Source: Bacteroidales bacterium (lineage in GTDB: Bacteria; Bacteroidota; Bacteroidia; Bacteroidales; WCHB1-69). From it: a stretch of DNA of 64,000 bases. The stretch spans positions 69,446-133,445 of the forward strand of contig JAKSMB010000002.1 in assembly GCA_024400875.1 (NCBI GenBank). The letters are read 5' to 3'. Below, in pieces: positions 56,601 through 64,000 of the stretch. A program made the translations under genes and the position numbers. Below the pieces are notes generated by a model. It made no database searches and was not told the origin of the DNA. It saw nothing but the letters and a program-made list of their open reading frames with translations. Numbering within the stretch: the first letter of the stretch is position 1; each line of letters opens with the position of its first letter.

Positions 56601-59600
56601 TCGAATCCTCCAACTACGAGTATATCGAATTCTGGATGATGGATCCATTTATTGAGAATCCTAACCATTCTGGTGGTAAACTTTATTTCAACTTGGGTGA
56701 CATATCTGAAGATGTTTTGCGTGATGGTGTCAAGTTCTTTGAAAATGGTTTGCCTGCCGATGGCTCTGACGAGAATGTGGAATTCACCGTATGGGGTCGT
56801 GTTCCTACTGTCCAGTTGATTGTAAACGCCTTCGATAACGACCCGGCAGCCCGTCCTAATCAGGATGTCGGCTTCGATGGCTTGAACGACGTTCGTGAAC
56901 GTGAACATTTCAACGATACCTACCTGTCTTTGTTGGGACAACTTTATGGTACAGGATCTGAAGCTTATCAAAAGGCCTACAACGACCCTTCTTCTGACAA
57001 CTACCACTATTTCCGTGGTACCGATTATGATAATATCGACTTGAAGATCGTAGATCGTTACAAATATTATAACAATGCGGAAGGCAACTCTCCAACGGAT
57101 GACCAAAGCACTGAAAGTTATCCTACCTCCGCAACTTCTCTTCCTAACCTCGAGGATATGAATAATGATAATACCTTGAGTGAGGAAGAAAGATATTACC
57201 AGTATGTAATCGACCTCTCACCTGAGAATATGGTGGTAGGATCCAACTATATCAATGACATTTATGAAGCATTGCCTGATCCTCTGCCAGATGGTACTCG
57301 TCCATTGACAAAGTGGTATCAGTTCCGTATCCCAATCCACAACCCTGATAAAGTGGTGAATGGCATCTCCGGATTCAATTCCATCCGCTTTATGCGTGTC
57401 TTCATGAAAAACTTTGAAGAACCTATCATCTGTCGTTTTGCAACCTTTGAATTGGTTCGTGGCGATTGGAGAACTTCCAACGTGAGTCTGCAGGAAGAGG
57501 GTGACTATTTGCCAACACAGGGCGATGGCGAAGGCTCTTTCTATGTGGGAACGGTAAGTATCGAAGAAAACTCAAATCGTACACCTATTCCTTATCTGTT
57601 GCCTCCTGGAATTAAGCGTGAAGAGGCATACGGTACTCAGGTGTATCAAATCAACGAGCAAGCCTTGACAATGAAGGTGGTGGATCTTCCTGATGGCGAC
57701 GCCCGTGCTATCTATAAGAGTACCTCATACGATCTTCGCCAGTTCAATAACTTGCAAATGTTCGTACACGGTGAAGATGTACACAGCAATGGCGATCTTC
57801 ATAGAGGTGATGTTACCGTGTTCATCCGTATGGGCTCCGACTTCACGGATAACTACTATGAATATGAAATGCCGATTGAGATTACGCCTTGGGGCGTTGG
57901 TAAAGATACCAATGCAATTTGGCCGGTGGCTAACCGCATGCGTATTTACTTGGATTCTCTTGTGTCTTTGAAGCAGGAAAGAAATATGGCTGTACGTCAC
58001 GGCGTCCACTCCAGCAATCTGGTTCCTTATACTAGATATCTGGAAGATGATTACAAGATGACCGTTGTGGGTGTACCGAACTTGGGTGACGTGACAACCA
58101 TTATGATAGGTATTCGAAATCCTAAAAAACAAAACCTGAACGATGGTGATGATATGTTGCCGAAATCTGTGGAAGTCTGGATCAACGAATTGCGTTTGTG
58201 TGGCTTCGACGATAAACAGGGATTGGCTGCCTTGATGCGTGCTCGTGTCAACTTGGCAGATGTGGGCGACCTTACCGTTTCAGGTACCTACTCCACACCA
58301 GGATTTGGTAGCATTGAACAATCGGTAACGGAACGCTCAATGGATACCAAGTATAGCTTGGATATTGCTACTAACATTGATGGTGGCAAGGTGCTCTTCC
58401 CAGAAAAATGGAACATCAAGATCCCGGTACACTACGACTACTCTCTCGGTGTTCAGATGCCGGAATATAATCCGCTGAATCCAGACGTGCTGCTGAAGGA
58501 AGACTTGGCAACGTATGATACCCGTGAACAACGCGACTCTGTTCGTTATCAAACCAATACTTTCACTCAACGTCAGAATGTTAACTTGATGAATGTTCGC
58601 AAGGAACGCAATTTCTCAGGTGGTGGCAAGGTGAAAATGCATCCGTGGGATATCGAAAACTTCGACCTTTCATACTCCTATTCAGAATTGATTCAGCGTG
58701 ATCCAGACTTGGAGCTGAATAACGAATACACACACGATGGCGAAATTGGCTATACTTTCAGTACAAATCCAAAGAACTATCGTCCATTCTCCAAGGTGAA
58801 ATGGATGAAGTCGAAATGGTTGCAGTTGATTAGAGACTTCAACATAACACCAATGCCGAAGAATGTGACGATTCGTACCTCTCTCAGACGTGAAATGCAA
58901 GAGTTTAAGTATCGTCCAAAGAGCCAAGGTAACATCATTGTGGATACAAGTTATGTTAAATCTTTCGACTGGACACGTAACTATGCAGTCAATTGGGATC
59001 CGTTCCAAAGCTTGAAGTTGGAATACAAGGCCGACGCTTCCGCCCGTATTGATGAACCTGATGGCAGAATCGACACCCGCGTTGAAAAGGACTCCGTATG
59101 GAACTGCTTGGGTCGTGGTGGTCGTACAACGGATTTCCGTCAGACCTTTAGTGGAACCTACCAGGTGCCTATTAATAAGATACCTTTGTTCAACTGGGTG
59201 AATGCCAATGTTCGCTATACCTCTAATTATATGTATTCTGCATCGGCACTTTCGCTCGCATATCTAGGTAATACGATTCAGAACTCTAACAGCATTCAGG
59301 GTAATGCTACTTTGAATATGGTGACATTATATAATAATGTACCTTATCTCAAAAAAATCAATCAAGGAAGAAGCAATAAGAAGAGACCTGGCGTTCGTGA
59401 TGATCAGTCGGGTAGAAGGAATGCCGATCTGGTAGATGGTAACAAGGACTCCAAGAAGGGTAAGGGTAAAGATTCCCTTCAGGAAAAACCTAACTATGGC
59501 AAGATGATTCTGGATGGTACCTTACGCGTGATGATGTTGGTAAGAAATGTCTCCGCGAACTATTCGAGAGGTGCCGGTACAACCCTGCCTGGTTATATGG

Positions 59601-60850
59601 GAACGCCTAACCTGTTCGGTATCGACTTCGCAAACAGCTCTCCGGGATTCTTGTTCGTGTTTGGTGCACAACCTGATGTACAAGCCCTTGGTGCTCAAGG
59701 CCATTGGCTTACGACCGACTCCTTGATGAACACCGCATATAGAAGAACCAAGAATGAGGTGCTCAATATGCGTGCAACCATCGAACCGTTTAAGGATTTT
59801 AGAATCGATGTGACAGCCAATAGAAACTATACGGAGAACTTCTCAGAGTACTTCCACGTGAATGAAGAGGGCGTCGTTTCGCACTATACCCCTCAACGCA
59901 CGGGTTCATTTAGTATGACCTACTGTGGACTTAAGACATTGTTCGCTAACTATGACGATTTGTTTAGCCAGTTCAAGATTGATCGCTTACGTGTGGCTCA
60001 ACGTATGGCTGAAGGTAATCCAAACTACACCGGCGCTGTTGATGAAGATGGCTATCCTGTTGGCTATAGTGCCGTATCTCAGGATGTTTTGATGGGCGCT
60101 TTCTTCTCTTCCTATATGGGTAAGAATGTAGATAATATGGATATCTCCACACCGTTTATTAAAATCCCGTTGCCAAACTGGCGACTCAACTATAACGGAT
60201 TCTCAAAGATTAAGGGTGTGGATAAAATCTTCCAGAGCCTCTCTTTGACACATAATTATACTTGTACTTATCAAGTAGGCGGCTATACCACCAATGTGGC
60301 TTATCTCGAAGATCATTCTGCAATGAATAATCTTGGTGACTATATCCCAACCAACGAATTGAGCCAGATTGCAATATCTGAACAGTTTGGTCCGCTTATC
60401 GGTTTTGATATGACCCTTAAAAACAGTACAATCCTTAAGGTTGAATATAAGAAGAGCAGAAATGTATCTTTGAGTTTTGCAAACAACCAGATTACAGAGA
60501 CCTCCTCTTGGGAGATGACGTTCTCAGGTGGTTACCGCTTTAAAGATTTGAAACTCGGATTGATCTTCTCTGGTGTTAAACGTCAGTTTGTAAGCGACCT
60601 GAACTTGACGGCAGGTGTAGGTATCAAGGATAATAAGACGATGCTTCGTAAAATCCAAGAAGATGTCGACCAGGTTTCATCTGGTATGATGGTGGCAACT
60701 ATTAATGTTGCTGCTGAATATCAATTCAGTAGAATGGTCGGACTCAAATTCTATTATGATCAGACAATCAACAGACCTAAGATATCCAACCAATATGATC
60801 GTATGAATTTTGAAACAGGTATTTCAGTAACCTTGAACCTAGCTCAATAG
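53609..60850 (+). CDS. sprA: T9SS outer-membrane translocon SprA/Sov
   Basis: 2413 aa directly after ruvA; IFGSNTIDIRP, GNVTLPL..LITGSQSLFG, YIDDFE, YIEFWMMDPF, NLGDISED, VWINELRL, PLPNW. Confidence 0.93.
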   Translation: MKATNKTYTNCKLIVLLFAFLGFLTGGYAAETITPVSMLNPVGVFPPDTSKKSNVPQPSNNPLDNSFNSPFWLQNPTGLGTNIQYDPETNTYNFQYMTGSVPYGPGTYMDINEYIDYDLRKSIDDYWYNHSTSYAGGNRRGGGGLIPELHIGGDLFEGIFGSNTIDIRPAGTMELKFGVKYNNVKNLTLPVKQRRQIQFDFDEDIQLNLIAKIGEKIEFNLNYTTDELSIDNNMDKVKLKYAGKEDDILQLIEFGNVTLPLNSTLITGSQSLFGVKSQLKFGNLLVTAVASQKNSTSQTMTITGGAEEQDFYFRADEYEENKHFFIGQFFRDHYNEYLSTLPLVGSPIVITKIEVWRTTVGAATNDNRNIVAFTDLGESDPEFNALSYNPAYDGGQYPDNMVNNLTMFADSSIIRNISSVSNNLQGLGMRSGVNYEKVESARLLSPSEYTFNSKLGFITLNSALSSDQVLAVAFQYTVIGSDKVYQVGEFSNEVAAPNCIRVKLLKSTSLNTKSPLWKLMMKNVYNLSAYQVSPEKFRLNILYTGDSEGVPNGFFTKGSQKGISLIKLMGLDRLNQQQDPNPDGIFDFIDGAATEGGTINSNNGRIYFPTIEPFGKDLRAIFPENEQELANFYAFDSLYTMTKTMAQQITNKNKYYIEGSYRSSYGSEFHFSTTNVAKGSVKVTAGGITLTENVDYTVNYDMGTVSIINQGVLSSGTPISISIENDNAIAATDQVMFGANFDYTFSKDFNIGATILNLRERPFTNKVNYGEEPINNMIWGMNFAYKTELPFITKVIDKITFHSTTTQSFLNLEGEFAHFVPGHNKAIGKTGTTYIDDFEASKSTIDLMTMANWVLASTPQGQLDLFPEAQTVSIADNPRKQLAYGYNRARLAWYIIDPLFYNNNSATPSNLTSADQSMPYARAVYEPELFPYKQQSGTQLTTYMTVFNMAFYPSERGQYNYDVAGAEGFSHGVNEDGSLRDPKTRWGGIMRKFDNTDFESSNYEYIEFWMMDPFIENPNHSGGKLYFNLGDISEDVLRDGVKFFENGLPADGSDENVEFTVWGRVPTVQLIVNAFDNDPAARPNQDVGFDGLNDVREREHFNDTYLSLLGQLYGTGSEAYQKAYNDPSSDNYHYFRGTDYDNIDLKIVDRYKYYNNAEGNSPTDDQSTESYPTSATSLPNLEDMNNDNTLSEEERYYQYVIDLSPENMVVGSNYINDIYEALPDPLPDGTRPLTKWYQFRIPIHNPDKVVNGISGFNSIRFMRVFMKNFEEPIICRFATFELVRGDWRTSNVSLQEEGDYLPTQGDGEGSFYVGTVSIEENSNRTPIPYLLPPGIKREEAYGTQVYQINEQALTMKVVDLPDGDARAIYKSTSYDLRQFNNLQMFVHGEDVHSNGDLHRGDVTVFIRMGSDFTDNYYEYEMPIEITPWGVGKDTNAIWPVANRMRIYLDSLVSLKQERNMAVRHGVHSSNLVPYTRYLEDDYKMTVVGVPNLGDVTTIMIGIRNPKKQNLNDGDDMLPKSVEVWINELRLCGFDDKQGLAALMRARVNLADVGDLTVSGTYSTPGFGSIEQSVTERSMDTKYSLDIATNIDGGKVLFPEKWNIKIPVHYDYSLGVQMPEYNPLNPDVLLKEDLATYDTREQRDSVRYQTNTFTQRQNVNLMNVRKERNFSGGGKVKMHPWDIENFDLSYSYSELIQRDPDLELNNEYTHDGEIGYTFSTNPKNYRPFSKVKWMKSKWLQLIRDFNITPMPKNVTIRTSLRREMQEFKYRPKSQGNIIVDTSYVKSFDWTRNYAVNWDPFQSLKLEYKADASARIDEPDGRIDTRVEKDSVWNCLGRGGRTTDFRQTFSGTYQVPINKIPLFNWVNANVRYTSNYMYSASALSLAYLGNTIQNSNSIQGNATLNMVTLYNNVPYLKKINQGRSNKKRPGVRDDQSGRRNADLVDGNKDSKKGKGKDSLQEKPNYGKMILDGTLRVMMLVRNVSANYSRGAGTTLPGYMGTPNLFGIDFANSSPGFLFVFGAQPDVQALGAQGHWLTTDSLMNTAYRRTKNEVLNMRATIEPFKDFRIDVTANRNYTENFSEYFHVNEEGVVSHYTPQRTGSFSMTYCGLKTLFANYDDLFSQFKIDRLRVAQRMAEGNPNYTGAVDEDGYPVGYSAVSQDVLMGAFFSSYMGKNVDNMDISTPFIKIPLPNWRLNYNGFSKIKGVDKIFQSLSLTHNYTCTYQVGGYTTNVAYLEDHSAMNNLGDYIPTNELSQIAISEQFGPLIGFDMTLKNSTILKVEYKKSRNVSLSFANNQITETSSWEMTFSGGYRFKDLKLGLIFSGVKRQFVSDLNLTAGVGIKDNKTMLRKIQEDVDQVSSGMMVATINVAAEYQFSRMVGLKFYYDQTINRPKISNQYDRMNFETGISVTLNLAQ

Positions 60851-60919
60851 GCTTGCGTGAAAAGGATATTTTATGGTTGAACAATTTTTTTCTTATCTTT
60901 GCGCTCTAATTTGAAAAAT

Positions 60920-61390
60920 ATGAAGAAGATAAAGTTTGCTTTATTAATGATTTTGGCGGCAGGCCTGGTGTTTCTCTTTACTCAGTGTGAAAAAGAACGT
61001 GGCGGGTCTGTGAAGTTGTCCTGCTACTTCATTCAGGCTGGTGGAGATACTGTAGGTCCAATTTCAAATGTGTTTGTGTATGCAGATACCACCCGTATCT
61101 CTCCTTACGACCACGTTGATACGCTGATAAATAACCACGGAGACACCCTCCTTATCCCTAGAACCAATTATACGAATGCCGACTTGGCCAATGCTCGTGG
61201 TTATACGGGCGCTGATGGCAGCATTACATTCACCTTTGCTCATCCAATTCTTCTCAACCTTCTGGCTGTGGATACATTGCGTGATGTGAATGGTCAGGAC
61301 AGCCTTATCTATAATAGCGTTCAAACTCAAGTTCAGATTACTGACGGTGATGTTTTGGAAGCTCCAATCTATCTTTATCCTGTATTCTAA
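60920..61390 (+). CDS. Lipoprotein of unknown function (paralogue A)
   Basis: Lipobox FTQC; ARGYTGADG..FTFAHPILLNLLA; -7 box at 60894-60901. Confidence 0.78.
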   Translation: MKKIKFALLMILAAGLVFLFTQCEKERGGSVKLSCYFIQAGGDTVGPISNVFVYADTTRISPYDHVDTLINNHGDTLLIPRTNYTNADLANARGYTGADGSITFTFAHPILLNLLAVDTLRDVNGQDSLIYNSVQTQVQITDGDVLEAPIYLYPVF

Positions 61391-61402
61391 AAACGGATTG
61401 TT

Positions 61403-61807
61403 ATGAGAAAATTTTTGAAATGCGCAGTTTACATTTTGGTAGCAGCCGTTGTTGCCTTAACTTTTACACGTTGTGAAACCAAACACGACTGCAAGATGTA
61501 TATTAGATGCAACTTTACATCCAATGGCGTTGATACGCTCGGCTCGGTTGCGAATGCTCATATTGTTGTAGGTGAAGACCACTATAACGCACGTGCACGT
61601 GCTGAGGGCTATACCGATGCTAACGGTGTTTTCATCCACACTTTTGAGTTGCCTGCATTGTTGAACGTTTTGGCTACTTATTCAGATACAATTAAAGATG
61701 AGGCTGGAAATGTTACGGCTATAAAGAATTACTCTGGCGGTACGCAGGTTCAACTTTATGAGGGCGAAACCTCAGAGAAAACCATCTTGATGGTTGAATT
61801 ATTATAA
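61403..61807 (+). CDS. Lipoprotein of unknown function (paralogue B)
   Basis: Lipobox FTRC; AEGYTDANG..HTFELPALLNVLA. Confidence 0.78.
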   Translation: MRKFLKCAVYILVAAVVALTFTRCETKHDCKMYIRCNFTSNGVDTLGSVANAHIVVGEDHYNARARAEGYTDANGVFIHTFELPALLNVLATYSDTIKDEAGNVTAIKNYSGGTQVQLYEGETSEKTILMVELL

Positions 61808-61820
61808 GTATTCATTGGCA

Positions 61821-61864
61821 TCACTCCTTTACTTCTACTACTCCTTTACTCTTTGATCCCTTTG
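61821..61864 (+). repeat. Pyrimidine-rich degenerate tandem tract
   Basis: ACTCCTTTACT twice, then CTTTGA twice. Confidence 0.55.
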
Positions 61865-61889
61865 ACGGTGCGATGCAAAAAGCTATGTT

Positions 61890-64000
<2,111 letters not shown>

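Overview
Gene-dense, mostly core chromosomal segment from a member of Bacteroidota, probably Bacteroidales-like. The basis is TAnnTTTG -7 promoter boxes in front of most transcription units, a short SigA-type sigma factor next to htrA, and ruvA-sprA linkage. It holds about 53 CDSs, including typA, mreB, folB, folD, valS, holA, rplU-rpmA, dksA-lspA, xerD, cinA, rho, ispE, comEC, ruvA, sprA and a partial purD, plus tRNA-Thr(CGT) and tRNA-Asn(GTT). There are many peptidases, three T9SS cargo proteins and gldD. I saw no IS, prophage, integron or CRISPR array. The best candidate for an undescribed system is a four-gene lipid-linked glycosylation locus at 44.5-48.9 kb: GtrA-type flippase, SAM methyltransferase, polyprenyl-phosphate-sugar synthase-like GT2, and a GT-C transferase with C-terminal TPRs (TMTC-like architecture). 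Exported proteins in the window are rich in Bacteroidota O-glycosylation sequons. Other items worth checking are a protein with an internal T9SS-CTD-like domain, two paralogous lipoproteins behind sprA, a Rho apparently lacking its N-terminal helix bundle, a cysteine-free DksA, a structured intergenic ncRNA candidate, and several strand-asymmetric 7-8-mer tracts. All calls come from motif recognition by eye; no database searches were run.
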